Assembly: GCA_964632315.1 (NCBI GenBank)
Contig: CAZWEM010000010.1
Span: 1 to 64,000, forward strand
Length of the DNA: 64,000 bases
Reading direction: 5' to 3'
Source of the DNA: an uncultured archaeon
GTDB taxonomy: Archaea > Asgardarchaeota > Lokiarchaeia > Sigyniarchaeales > SOKP01
How positions within the stretch are numbered: the first letter of the stretch is position 1; each line of letters starts with the position of its first letter. The notes under the pieces are model-generated. The model was not told the DNA's origin and did no database searches. It saw only the letters and a program-made list of their open reading frames with translations. Of this stretch, positions 29,646 through 39,715 are shown piece by piece. The position numbers and the translations under genes were made by a program.

Positions 29646-31097
29646 CTAATTAATTCCTCCTACAGTTAAATTATCGATTCTTATATATGGTCCACCATCA
29701 CAGACCCTAATTCCTTGCCCTCCTTTACCACAAATACCATCTGAATAGTTAAAAGTATCCATACTTCCAATTGCTGTTATTTTGTTTAAAACATCAAGCG
29801 TCATCCCACTGAATGACACGTCTCTCATAAGGTTCTTTTTTTCACCTTGTTCTATCACATAAGATAATCTACACTTAAATTGAAAGTTTCCAGTAGTGGG
29901 ATCAGTGTAGCCATATTGGAAATCTTCACATAATATTCCATTTTTAGTATCCTCAATCATTTCATCTAATCTCCAGTTACGAGGTTCTAAAAAGGTAAAA
30001 CCCATCCTTACTTGTGGTCTAGAACTGCTGGAGTTTGCTCTACCATGTCCATTTGGACTCATATTCATTCTGGATGCTGTTTCCAAATTATGTAGGTAAT
30101 TTTTAAGTATCCCATTTTCAATAAGAGCAGTTCTTTGAGCAGGAATTCCCTCCTCGTCGATGAAATAACTTCCAAATAGTTCATATTGAAGATTAAATTT
30201 TTTCGATTGACCAAAACTCGGATCATCAAAAACAGAGATTTCTTCCCCAGCAATTTTAGTATTCAATTTTTCTGCTAAGATACTTTCTTTATTTAAAATT
30301 AAGTCCGCCTCACAAGCATGCCCTAATGCTTCATGTATGAAAGTACCTGTTAATTTTGAATCGAGGATTACTTTAAATTTCCCTCCTACTGGAGATTGGG
30401 CACTTAATAAATCAACCGCTTGTTTAGCAGATTTATTACTAATTGTCATCGCGGTATCATTATCAACAATCTCAAAACCTCCAACGCCACCAATAGAATT
30501 CGTGCTATTCTGAATAACTCCTTTCTCTTGTGCATAGACTGAGGAAAATAATCTTACTATCTCTAATTCTTGGCTTACTTTACTACCAAATGAATCTCTG
30601 AATATTTGATTTAAATGGGTATCCATATAAATAGTTCGGGTGTTCTTAACCTTCTTTGAATAGCTTGAAGCTTTTAATTCATGATCTTTTACTAAATTGA
30701 TTTTTTCTTCCAAACTGATATCCTTTAGTTTTCTTTTGCTTTCAACTTTATGCTCCTCAATGTAAGATTTTTTATCCTTAATCTTAAATCGTAGTTTACT
30801 CAGAGATGACGATAATTTAGCTAATTTAACCGCTCTCTTAAAACCTTCTTTAAAGGTATCCATCGAAGGATCATTGATAATAAAAAATCCCCATCCTCCA
30901 TTAATAAATACTCTAATGCTGCTACCAATCAAATTATAAGTTGAAATTTCTTTACTTTTGCGATCCGAAAATTCTATAGCTGTTCCCTCATTGTATCTGG
31001 CTCTTAAATCCCAATAATCTACTTTATTGTTATCTTCTTGTTGTATAGAATGTAATAATTCATCATTAAATATTAGATTAAGACTGTTTTCCATCAT
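29646..31097 (-). CDS. tldD: TldD metalloprotease
   Basis: HEALGHACEAD, DEEG, GHGRA, CGKGGQ. Confidence 0.93.
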   Translation of the reverse strand: MMENSLNLIFNDELLHSIQQEDNNKVDYWDLRARYNEGTAIEFSDRKSKEISTYNLIGSSIRVFINGGWGFFIINDPSMDTFKEGFKRAVKLAKLSSSLSKLRFKIKDKKSYIEEHKVESKRKLKDISLEEKINLVKDHELKASSYSKKVKNTRTIYMDTHLNQIFRDSFGSKVSQELEIVRLFSSVYAQEKGVIQNSTNSIGGVGGFEIVDNDTAMTISNKSAKQAVDLLSAQSPVGGKFKVILDSKLTGTFIHEALGHACEADLILNKESILAEKLNTKIAGEEISVFDDPSFGQSKKFNLQYELFGSYFIDEEGIPAQRTALIENGILKNYLHNLETASRMNMSPNGHGRANSSSSRPQVRMGFTFLEPRNWRLDEMIEDTKNGILCEDFQYGYTDPTTGNFQFKCRLSYVIEQGEKKNLMRDVSFSGMTLDVLNKITAIGSMDTFNYSDGICGKGGQGIRVCDGGPYIRIDNLTVGGIN

Positions 31098-31179
31098 TTA
31101 AGCACATTATAAATTAAGCGAAACCATAAAAAAAAGTTCCCTAAAAAGAGTGAAGAAATATATTTTAAATATTTTGCTT

Positions 31180-31440
31180 TTAAAATTTATTGACTCTTGT
31201 AAGTTTATAATGACTTATAATATAATTTGATAACGTTTCTTTTTCTTCCCTTTCTTTTAGGTGCTTCATTATGCTAATAGCTTGGTTCATTGAACATTCT
31301 CTAGAAAACTTTAGAGAATTTTTAAATTGAAATGTACGATGACATTTCCAACATTTCCGTGATTTAATAATTTTATTACTATAATTCCATGCACCACAGT
31401 GATAACAACGGAAAAAATAAAATTTTCGAATATTAATCAT
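31180..31440 (-). CDS. Small zinc-ribbon protein (DUF1922-like)
   Basis: FRCYHCG...KCWKCH. Confidence 0.7.
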   Translation of the reverse strand: MINIRKFYFFRCYHCGAWNYSNKIIKSRKCWKCHRTFQFKNSLKFSRECSMNQAISIMKHLKEREEKETLSNYIISHYKLTRVNKF

Positions 31441-31624
31441 TTTCTAATTATAAATTAATATATAGCTAATGAATGGAAACAGCGATTATGATTACTAATT
31501 TTTAATATAATATTTAGAATATATATTTCTATATAGGTTAATTTATTAGATTATTGACTATTTTAGTCTATAGCATAAAATAATTAACTATATATTTTAA
31601 GATAATAAATATTGAATGGATTTT

Positions 31625-31723
31625 ATGAAAAAGAAAGTTCTTTTTGTTTTAATTTTTTTTTTAGGTTTATCTTGTGGAATAATTTTTGAAATGATTGACC
31701 ATATGATAAGATCTTTAATATAA
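31625..31723 (+). CDS. Putative small membrane peptide (32 aa; alternative ATG at 31616)
   Basis: Read by hand: MKKKVLFVLIFFLGLSCGIIFEMIDHMIRSLI; below the ORF-track cutoff; directly upstream of the ABC cluster. Confidence 0.4.
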   Translation: MKKKVLFVLIFFLGLSCGIIFEMIDHMIRSLI

Positions 31724-31771
31724 TGCAGGTGATCTAAGATCGAAGGTCACAAAGTCAAAAAAAGTCGCAAA

Positions 31772-32857
31772 TTGTCAATAGTTATTCTATTTATAGCAGG
31801 TTTTCTAGTTGGGGCTAGTAGTACTTTTATTATTTTACAAGGTGGTGAAAGTTCTATTCATATTAGTATAATTTATAGTTCCGAAAAAGCAAGTTGGATG
31901 ACAATTGCTTATACAAACTTTTTAAATGAATGGAACAATGAAAATCCGAATACTCCAATAACTATAGATATGCATCCTTATGGTTCTTCAGATTCAATAA
32001 TTAGTTTATTGAATGGAGAAATTTATCCAACTATTTGGAGTCCTGCCAGTTCTATTTGGTTACCATTCTTGAATACCAAATGGAATGAGCTTCATCCCGG
32101 TGAATCAATCGTAAATATTAATGAATCTGTCAGAATAATATACTCTCCAATTGTTATAGCCACATGGGAATCTTTCAATAAATCTCACCCTATTAAAGGT
32201 CTTGCAGATATAAGGAGTTTAAATTTAGATCCTAGTGTAAATATAAAAATGGCTCACACTGATCCTAGATTATCTAATTCGGGTTTTATGAGCGTAATTA
32301 TGGCTTTAGGAGTCGCTTCCGGAACTGCTCCGGAAAATTTAACAATGAATGATCTCTTGGACAAAAGTAATCAAGCTTGGTTAAGAGAATTCGAGTCTTC
32401 AGCGATCATGTATGGCAAATCTACGGGATTTTTAGCAAGTTATATGAGCACGCAAGGTCCTTCTGAATTGAATGTTGTTTTTTTATATGAAAATTTGATT
32501 AGGGACATATCAAGCAAAGCTGAAGCTGGAAAAATAATAGCAATTTATCCCGAGGGGGGAACCCTATATAGTGATCACCCGTTCTGCATTTTAAACGCAG
32601 ATTGGATATCACCAGAACAAAGAATGGTCGCAGAAGCATTCTTAGATTTTCTTAATGAAACCTCAACTGTTGTTTCTGCAACAGAATACGGATTTAGACC
32701 TATTAACCCATCTATACCACTTGATCCTAAGGTTTTTAATTACAAGATAAACGGAATTGCCTACAACCTCACTGTCCCAGAATTAAAAGCTCCCAAAGAT
32801 GGAAATGCTTTGTTGAATATACCAGATTTATGGTTATTGTGTAAAGCTACAGCATAA
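31772..32857 (+). CDS. ABC transporter substrate-binding protein (start may be ATC at 31739)
   Basis: N-terminal TM anchor; YSSEK, WSPASS, SPIVIA, TDPRLSNSG, YP.GGT..SDHPF. Confidence 0.85.
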   Translation: MSIVILFIAGFLVGASSTFIILQGGESSIHISIIYSSEKASWMTIAYTNFLNEWNNENPNTPITIDMHPYGSSDSIISLLNGEIYPTIWSPASSIWLPFLNTKWNELHPGESIVNINESVRIIYSPIVIATWESFNKSHPIKGLADIRSLNLDPSVNIKMAHTDPRLSNSGFMSVIMALGVASGTAPENLTMNDLLDKSNQAWLREFESSAIMYGKSTGFLASYMSTQGPSELNVVFLYENLIRDISSKAEAGKIIAIYPEGGTLYSDHPFCILNADWISPEQRMVAEAFLDFLNETSTVVSATEYGFRPINPSIPLDPKVFNYKINGIAYNLTVPELKAPKDGNALLNIPDLWLLCKATA

Positions 32858-32878
32858 ATTTGAAAGTAGGATGAAATA

Positions 32879-34531
32879 ATGAAAGAAGAATACGAATTAG
32901 AAAGTAAAAATGAGCCAAATTTGCCACTGACGTTGAAAGTAGATCGTTTCTTCTCAAAACCTATTTATAGAAAAGCTCTTGATACAATTACAATATTATT
33001 TTTTGTTTTAGTTATAATCGGGCCAATAATTAACATCTTCTCAACAATTTTTCTCAATATACCTTCAATTTATCATGATGTTTTTAACGATGAATTAATT
33101 GGAAACTTAAAATGGTTGAACATTATAAATTCATTAGGAATCTCCTTTTCAATAGCAGCTATCGCAGTCGGGATTGATATTTTAATAGCCTTTCCAATGG
33201 CAATTATCTTAACTCGATATAACTTTCGGGGGAAAAAATTCTTAGACGCATTAGTTGATTTACCAATGGCCGTACCGACTAGTGCATTAGGTTTCTCAGT
33301 TTTACTATTTTGGAATCTGTTTGGAATTAATCCGGGAATGGAATTGATTATACTTGGTCATATAGTTTTTACTTTTCCATATATAGTAAGAAATTTAAAA
33401 ATAGTATTAGAGAAAGCTGATGTGTTATATGAAGACGCAGCAAGAACACTTGGGGCATCTGGGATTACTGTTTTTAGAACAATAACTCTTCCATTAATGA
33501 AAGAGGGATTAATCGCAGGTTCTATTTTGGCTTTTACAAGGAGTCTGGGTGAAACGGGTGCAACCCTCATATTATCTGGATTAGTTGAAACTGCTCCCAT
33601 ATTAATCGTGGGATTTCGGAGACAATTACAATTACCAAGTGCTTCATTACTTGCGGGGATCTTAATTTCAATATCATTATGCCTTTTATTTTCTATTAAA
33701 TTTTTATCTCGTCGAGGAAGCTTTTCAATAAGTAAAATCTACCCTAAATTCGAGCGCCTATTAAGCCGTAAAACTCTAAGGCATATAAGAGATTTATTAA
33801 TCATTATAGTACTGCTGTTTATAATATTAATACCTTCATTTTACATTATAACTCAAATTGCTAGAGGAAATTTAATAAGCGAATTATTCTTAGCCAAAGA
33901 TTACAAATGGGTTTATTTATACACGAGTTTTATGAGTTCTATCCAAATTGGCTCATTAGCAGTGCTTATAAATTTAGTCTTCGGTATTCCTTTTGCATTT
34001 ATTATCACGAAAAGAAAGTGGGGCAAATTTATTACATTTCTAGACACAATACTCGATATCCCAATTGCAATCCCATCAGCGGCATTAGGTTTTGCTATTT
34101 TCTTATTTTGGGGACCCGCTGGAATTGGATTATTCCAACCTGGATTTTTTATGATTTTGTTCGTTCATATTACCTTTACTTTCCCCTATATGGTTCGACC
34201 AATAATTGGAGTATTAGAAAGTTCTGATAAAGGAGTTGAAGAAGCCGCAAGAACTTTAGGAGCCTCAAATTTGACTGTATTTCGAAAAATCACTTTTCCA
34301 AGTATAAAACAAGGTATTATAGCAGGTGGTATAATGGTGTTTACTCGATCCCTAGGAGAAACAGGAGCAACGATAGTAGTTATGGGAAACATAAGGACTA
34401 TTCCTGTTTTAATTGTAGATTGGGTTGAAGCAAACTATCTAGCAAGTGCAATTTTTGCTAGCACAATAATCATTATTTTTAGTGCCGCCCTTATTTTTGC
34501 TCTTAGGACTGTTTCAAAGAGGAGGGTGTGA
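32879..34531 (+). CDS. ABC permease with two fused TMDs (ModB/WtpB/CysT-like)
   Basis: Two E(D/E)AARTLGA EAA loops, two FTRSLGETGAT, two P.A.P..ALG motifs. Confidence 0.92.
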   Translation: MKEEYELESKNEPNLPLTLKVDRFFSKPIYRKALDTITILFFVLVIIGPIINIFSTIFLNIPSIYHDVFNDELIGNLKWLNIINSLGISFSIAAIAVGIDILIAFPMAIILTRYNFRGKKFLDALVDLPMAVPTSALGFSVLLFWNLFGINPGMELIILGHIVFTFPYIVRNLKIVLEKADVLYEDAARTLGASGITVFRTITLPLMKEGLIAGSILAFTRSLGETGATLILSGLVETAPILIVGFRRQLQLPSASLLAGILISISLCLLFSIKFLSRRGSFSISKIYPKFERLLSRKTLRHIRDLLIIIVLLFIILIPSFYIITQIARGNLISELFLAKDYKWVYLYTSFMSSIQIGSLAVLINLVFGIPFAFIITKRKWGKFITFLDTILDIPIAIPSAALGFAIFLFWGPAGIGLFQPGFFMILFVHITFTFPYMVRPIIGVLESSDKGVEEAARTLGASNLTVFRKITFPSIKQGIIAGGIMVFTRSLGETGATIVVMGNIRTIPVLIVDWVEANYLASAIFASTIIIIFSAALIFALRTVSKRRV

Positions 34532-34534
34532 AAG

Positions 34535-35677
34535 TTGCCTAATATAGAATTGAGGAATGTTACGAAAACCTTTGATGAGGGAAAAGTTTTAGCTGTAGAT
34601 GATATCTCGTTACAAATTTCAGATGGCGATTATGTGTTTTTATTAGGACCAAGCGGTTGTGGTAAAACAACAACATTACGTATTATTGCGGGTTTAGAAG
34701 AACCTACTAAAGGGGAAGTTTTAATTGACGGAAAAAATGTCAAGGGAATTCCCCCTGAAGATCGAGATATGGGTTTTATTTTCCAAAATTTTGAAATTTT
34801 TCAGAACATGACTGTATGGGAGAATGTAACCTTTGGATTAGAAATGCGAGGTTTTGAAGAGTCATATATAATAAAGAAAGCAGAAGAAGCATTATCTATT
34901 GTTGATTTATTAAAATATTCTGAGGAGTTTCCTTCAATCTTTGGAAATCCCGGTTTACAAAAGTTAGGGATAGCCAGAGCTATTGCAACAGGAGCAAAAA
35001 TATTAATAATGGATGAACCCTTGGGCTCCTTAGATCCTAAAGTTTCAAAAGTTTTTCGGCATGAATTAAGGAATTTGATCAAGGATTTGGGATTAACAGC
35101 TATACACGTGACCCATAATCAAGAAGAAGCTCTGGCAATAGCAGACAAAATTATCGTTATGAGAGCTGGAAAAATACTTCAAATGGGATCTCCATATAAT
35201 TTATATGAAAAGCCAGAAAGCATTTTTACTGCAAATTTTCTAGGTGAGACTAACTTTCTACAAGGATTTATTTTAAAACTTTTAGAAGATAATAAGATGG
35301 TTGTTTGGATAAGATTAGGGGGCCCTAAAATTACTTGTGGAAATAATGATGGTTTTAACCTAGATGATAATGTAATTATTGCATTCAGGTATGAGGATGT
35401 TTATTTATTTCCTCGTAATTATCCCTTTGAAAAAAGTCAATACGATTGGAAAGATATGGAGTTTTTTGAAGCTAAGCTTGAATCTTCCCGATTTATAGGA
35501 GCTACTAAGAGGTTTTATCTCAAATTAGATAGTGGTGATAGTTTTGTCTCGATAAAGCCAGGATATTATGAAGAAAATTATTCAGTTGGAGAATATTTAA
35601 AAATTGCGATTCACAGGAAGGATATTCATATTTTTAACGCCCCTGATGATCTTGAAAAAGAATTATCTTTAATGTAG
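34535..35677 (+). CDS. ABC ATPase (PotA/MalK-like), degenerate signature motif
   Basis: GPSGCGKT, MDEP, VTH; signature reads FGNPG. Confidence 0.92.
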   Translation: MPNIELRNVTKTFDEGKVLAVDDISLQISDGDYVFLLGPSGCGKTTTLRIIAGLEEPTKGEVLIDGKNVKGIPPEDRDMGFIFQNFEIFQNMTVWENVTFGLEMRGFEESYIIKKAEEALSIVDLLKYSEEFPSIFGNPGLQKLGIARAIATGAKILIMDEPLGSLDPKVSKVFRHELRNLIKDLGLTAIHVTHNQEEALAIADKIIVMRAGKILQMGSPYNLYEKPESIFTANFLGETNFLQGFILKLLEDNKMVVWIRLGGPKITCGNNDGFNLDDNVIIAFRYEDVYLFPRNYPFEKSQYDWKDMEFFEAKLESSRFIGATKRFYLKLDSGDSFVSIKPGYYEENYSVGEYLKIAIHRKDIHIFNAPDDLEKELSLM

Positions 35678-35687
35678 TGATGACAAA

Positions 35688-36911
35688 ATGGTAAATATTG
35701 AATTAAAAAATGTCGATAAATCATTCAGGGATTTAAGAGCTTTAGATAAGATAAACCTACGTATTAAGGATAAAGAATATTTTATTATTCTTGGACCCAC
35801 TGGAGCTGGAAAGACTACTTTATTAAAGGTAATAGCGGGATTAGTAAAACAAGATAAAGGAAAAATTTTATTTGATGGTAAAGATGTCAGTGAATTAACA
35901 CCTGCAGAACGTAATTTAGGTTTCATGTTTGAAAATTATGCATTATTTCCACACATGAACATATATGATAATATTGCCTATAGTAGCCGGGTTCATGCAA
36001 GAAATCCAAAACAAACTAAAAAGATCGTGGATCAAGTTTTAATGATGACATTGTTAACAGGAAGAAATGATTCATTACCGGAAGAAATGAGTGGAGGAAT
36101 GAAACAACGAGTGGCACTTTGTCGCGCTTTAATGAATTTAGAACAGTCTAAACTCCTAATTTTAGATGAGCCTTTGAAAGCTTTAGATGCTGGTTTAAGG
36201 ATGAGTTTGAGAAGAGAGTTGTTATTAATGGCAAAATCATCCCAATTACAACTTACTGTTATCCATATTACTAATGAGGAAGAGGAAGCTATGATGCTTG
36301 CAGATCGAATCGCAGTAATGAATGAAGGGAAGATAATTCAGGTTGGGACTCCTTATGAGATTTATTATCAACCTCGAAATCTTTTTGTAGCAAATTTCAT
36401 GAGTGAAATAAATTATTTTGAAGGTAAGTATATTCACGAATCACCTGAGATATGGAACATCCATAAAGAATCTAATAAAGGAGACAAGTTGTTCTCTGAA
36501 ATTCAAGAAAAATCAATTGCTGTTCCAATAGACATCGGGGCAAGTTCAATTTTTGCTGGATATGCCAATAAGAATCTTTTTAAAAAAATTCAACAAAACG
36601 AAGATCTACTTTTAATAGTTAGATCCAATCATATGAAAATTAGATTGGGAAATAGAATTGACCAAAAGAAAAATGCGCTATTTGGTAAGATAATCAGAAG
36701 AAAATTTATGGGCGTTTTCTATCGTTTTGAAGTTTTAGTAAACATAAATGATTCAGATAAGAATATTATCGTAACAATACCTGCGAGCACAGAAATTCAT
36801 AATAAATTTAGAGAGGGTATAAAGGTAACAGTTTATTTTCCAAAAGAATTAGGAATTATTTTTAAACACCCAGGAAAGGAAGTAATAAGAGAAGTTTTAA
36901 AATTAGAATAA
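35688..36911 (+). CDS. ABC ATPase (PotA/MalK-like), degenerate H-switch
   Basis: GPTGAGKT, MSGGM, LDEP, ITN in place of VTH. Confidence 0.92.
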   Translation: MVNIELKNVDKSFRDLRALDKINLRIKDKEYFIILGPTGAGKTTLLKVIAGLVKQDKGKILFDGKDVSELTPAERNLGFMFENYALFPHMNIYDNIAYSSRVHARNPKQTKKIVDQVLMMTLLTGRNDSLPEEMSGGMKQRVALCRALMNLEQSKLLILDEPLKALDAGLRMSLRRELLLMAKSSQLQLTVIHITNEEEEAMMLADRIAVMNEGKIIQVGTPYEIYYQPRNLFVANFMSEINYFEGKYIHESPEIWNIHKESNKGDKLFSEIQEKSIAVPIDIGASSIFAGYANKNLFKKIQQNEDLLLIVRSNHMKIRLGNRIDQKKNALFGKIIRRKFMGVFYRFEVLVNINDSDKNIIVTIPASTEIHNKFREGIKVTVYFPKELGIIFKHPGKEVIREVLKLE

Positions 36912-36940
36912 AATTTGATATTATTAGGAGGAAAAAAAAT

Positions 36941-37627
36941 ATGAGTTCTCTATTTGAATGGTTTCGATCTCGAAATGAAGAGAGTGTAATAAATAAAACA
37001 TTAATACATATGCAAAAAGTCTTAGAATGCGTAGTGGAGTTTGAAAAAGCATTATCATTTTTAATTGAAGAAAAGAATGTAGATCTAGCATTGAAAGTAT
37101 TTTTCAGAGTAGATGAATTAGAACACCAAGCAGATAGTATTAGAAGGAATATGTTGAATATGTTAACTCAGGTTGAATTAAAACCGAAATTGCACGAAAA
37201 TTTAACACATCTAACCAAGAGAATCGATGATATTGCTAATGCTACAAATGCTGCTGCTCGAATTTTGATCTATATGAATTATTCTGAATTTCAAAAATTA
37301 AACCCTGAAATACACTTAAAAATTTTAGAAATGGCAAGAGTTACCGTCGAGACAGTTAAAAAAACCAATAACTTAGTTAATATGCTGTTAAGTGAAGAAG
37401 AAGCTAAAATTCGCAAAAGTGGAGCAGAAATAAGCGAATTAGAGCATGAATGCGATGAATTGCGTTTTGCTATCAATCGCATGTTAGTAGCAGATGATAA
37501 TCCTATTAAAAATCCATTCACCGCCATCGAAATTCATAGTTGTATATCTGCAATGGAGGCAATTACGGATAATGCTGAAGAGGTGGCGGATTATATTGTT
37601 ATGCTAATATTAGTAAAAAGTATGTAG
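36941..37627 (+). CDS. DUF47 / PhoU-like phosphate transport regulator
   Basis: LEHQAD.IRR, DDIAN, LEHECD, D.AEEVAD. Confidence 0.88.
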   Translation: MSSLFEWFRSRNEESVINKTLIHMQKVLECVVEFEKALSFLIEEKNVDLALKVFFRVDELEHQADSIRRNMLNMLTQVELKPKLHENLTHLTKRIDDIANATNAAARILIYMNYSEFQKLNPEIHLKILEMARVTVETVKKTNNLVNMLLSEEEAKIRKSGAEISELEHECDELRFAINRMLVADDNPIKNPFTAIEIHSCISAMEAITDNAEEVADYIVMLILVKSM

Positions 37628-37939
37628 GATTTTAATCGTTCTGAAAGAAACAGATCTTAATTATTCCTTTAACTTCTGTATTGATGAAATATTGAATATG
37701 TATATTAAATTGATAGAGAGATTATTTTCAGCAATTAATTGGATTTTTTATGAAAAATTGTTTATCTCTCTTTAACAGCATTTGCTTCAGTTAAAAGCAA
37801 CCATTTAGATTTTATGATTAATCTTCTAGTATATTCTAAGAGCGCATCAAATTCAGTTCTGACATAATATTTAGAGATTAATAAGAATATTAGAAAGAAA
37901 ATAATCTATATATAATCACTAAAAGAAAAATAAAATTAT

Positions 37940-38608
37940 ATGATTGAAAATAAATATGATGAAGATGAGTTAAAAAACAAAAGTATCAATGAATTAACTC
38001 ATCTATTCATGGATATCATTCATGAACAAAATATACTTTTGATAGAGGGTATCGAGTCTCTCGTTAAAAACGATTTTACGAAATTTAAAAACAATTTAGA
38101 ATGTGTGGCTCAAACAACAACTGAAGTTCAAGTCAAGAAGGTATTTGAATCCAAAATCTTCAAAGCAAAATTAATGTTTTCTAAAGCAGATCGATTAAAA
38201 CTTTTCAGTAAAATTAATGATATCAAGAACATAGGTGAGTATTTAACAAATCGAATGCTACTATATCGCGTAATTTTTCCCGATAACGAGTTTAAGTTGC
38301 AACTTTCAAGTATTCTAAAATCATTGAAACTAATTTCAAACGAATTAACTATAGCTGTAAAGTTAATCGGAGATGATTTAGAGAAAGCATATGATATTTG
38401 TGAAGAAATTAAAGAAGAAAGAAGAAAAATGCGAATGGAAGAGTGGGAATTACTAAATCGACTATATAACTATGATATGGATTATATTTCTAGGACTTTC
38501 TTATATCTAAAGAATATGATAGAAGATATTATGATGCTAGCTGATCATATTAAAAATTTTTCTGAATACATCCAATTCCTTTCAGCTAAGTATTTGATTT
38601 TCAAATAA
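37940..38608 (+). CDS. Divergent DUF47 / PhoU-like protein
   Basis: Helical, F.KADRLKL and ADHIKN patterns; lies between DUF47 and PiT genes. Confidence 0.65.
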   Translation: MIENKYDEDELKNKSINELTHLFMDIIHEQNILLIEGIESLVKNDFTKFKNNLECVAQTTTEVQVKKVFESKIFKAKLMFSKADRLKLFSKINDIKNIGEYLTNRMLLYRVIFPDNEFKLQLSSILKSLKLISNELTIAVKLIGDDLEKAYDICEEIKEERRKMRMEEWELLNRLYNYDMDYISRTFLYLKNMIEDIMMLADHIKNFSEYIQFLSAKYLIFK

Positions 38609-38617
38609 GGGTTTTTT

Positions 38618-39649
38618 ATGGCGTCAGATTTTACTCAATTGATTATTGTTGTATTAATCATTCTCGCAATTGGATTAGCATTTTCGATTGGGGCTAATGA
38701 TGAAACTCTATCTGCATTGGTCGGAACTGGAGCGTTAAAGTTTAAATTAGCTTTATTAATTGGTGGAATTGCTATAGGAAGCGGAATGATCATAACTAGT
38801 GGAGGGTTTGTCGCCAAAACAGTGGGGTCCGATATTTTAGGGAAAGGCTTGACCTACTCTACTTCTATGCTTCTTACTGTGTTAATCAGTAGCATTATTT
38901 GGTTGGTTATAGGAAGTTTTGCTGGAATTCCACTTAGTAGTACTCATTCTTTAGTGGGGAGTGTTGTAGGAGTTGTAATAGTTTATTCAATAACTCAAGA
39001 GGTTGTGAGTCCTGAAAATGCCTTTAATTGGGATAAATTAGGAAGTGTTATTTTAAGCTGGTTTTTTTCTCCTCTTTTTGGATTTGTAATTACCTATCTT
39101 CTTTTTAGGATTTTAGCTAAATTTTATCTCTCACGTTTAAAAGGATTAAATCAAATAGAGAAAGCAGAAAGGTCTTTCAAATGGTTGTTATTAGTTGCTA
39201 TTATTTTTGCTGAGATATGGGTTGGTGCTAATTCAGGTGAAGCTTTAGGTATCCTATATGGACTTTTAGATAATGGATCTTTAGCGGTTCAAGAGTATTT
39301 TTTTTATGCTGTAATTTGTGGTATTTTTGCTTTTTTAGGAATTTATATTGCTGCTCGATTTGTGATACGAAATTTAGCCTCTCAAATGACTGACTCTCGA
39401 CCAAGTGAGGGTCTAATTATTCAAACCAGTTCTGCAATAATTTTGATGATCGCTACCTTATTTGGTTTACCAATATCTCATAGCCACGTAATTGTGTTTT
39501 GTATAATTGGAATGAACATTGCTCAAAAAAAGGAAGTTGAATATAAGTATCTTGGAAAGATGGGTATTTTTTGGATTTTAACATTTCCTATTGCTGCTCT
39601 TCTAGCAGGGATCATTTACTTCAGCTTCAGTACGATAAGTTTTATTTAA
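38618..39649 (+). CDS. Inorganic phosphate transporter (PiT family)
   Basis: GAND, GIPLSSTHSLVG, GLPISHSH; multi-TM. Confidence 0.9.
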   Translation: MASDFTQLIIVVLIILAIGLAFSIGANDETLSALVGTGALKFKLALLIGGIAIGSGMIITSGGFVAKTVGSDILGKGLTYSTSMLLTVLISSIIWLVIGSFAGIPLSSTHSLVGSVVGVVIVYSITQEVVSPENAFNWDKLGSVILSWFFSPLFGFVITYLLFRILAKFYLSRLKGLNQIEKAERSFKWLLLVAIIFAEIWVGANSGEALGILYGLLDNGSLAVQEYFFYAVICGIFAFLGIYIAARFVIRNLASQMTDSRPSEGLIIQTSSAIILMIATLFGLPISHSHVIVFCIIGMNIAQKKEVEYKYLGKMGIFWILTFPIAALLAGIIYFSFSTISFI

Positions 39650-39715
39650 AAAATCTATTCAAAATATATTTAAAATATTTTAATCTTAAGTATTAATATA
39701 CGGAAGTGGAAAAAA

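Noticed and set aside
31723-31771. ATG-CAG-GTG-ATC-TAA mini-ORF and GTGATC/GGTCAC hairpin as a possible intron joining to the binding protein
   Set aside because: The BHB registers tested give a stop codon or the wrong frame; an SD plus alternative start explains it better.
37628-37939. Open minus-strand stretch (SKYYVRTEFDALLEY...) between DUF47 genes
   Set aside because: No start codon, short, and no recognisable similarity.
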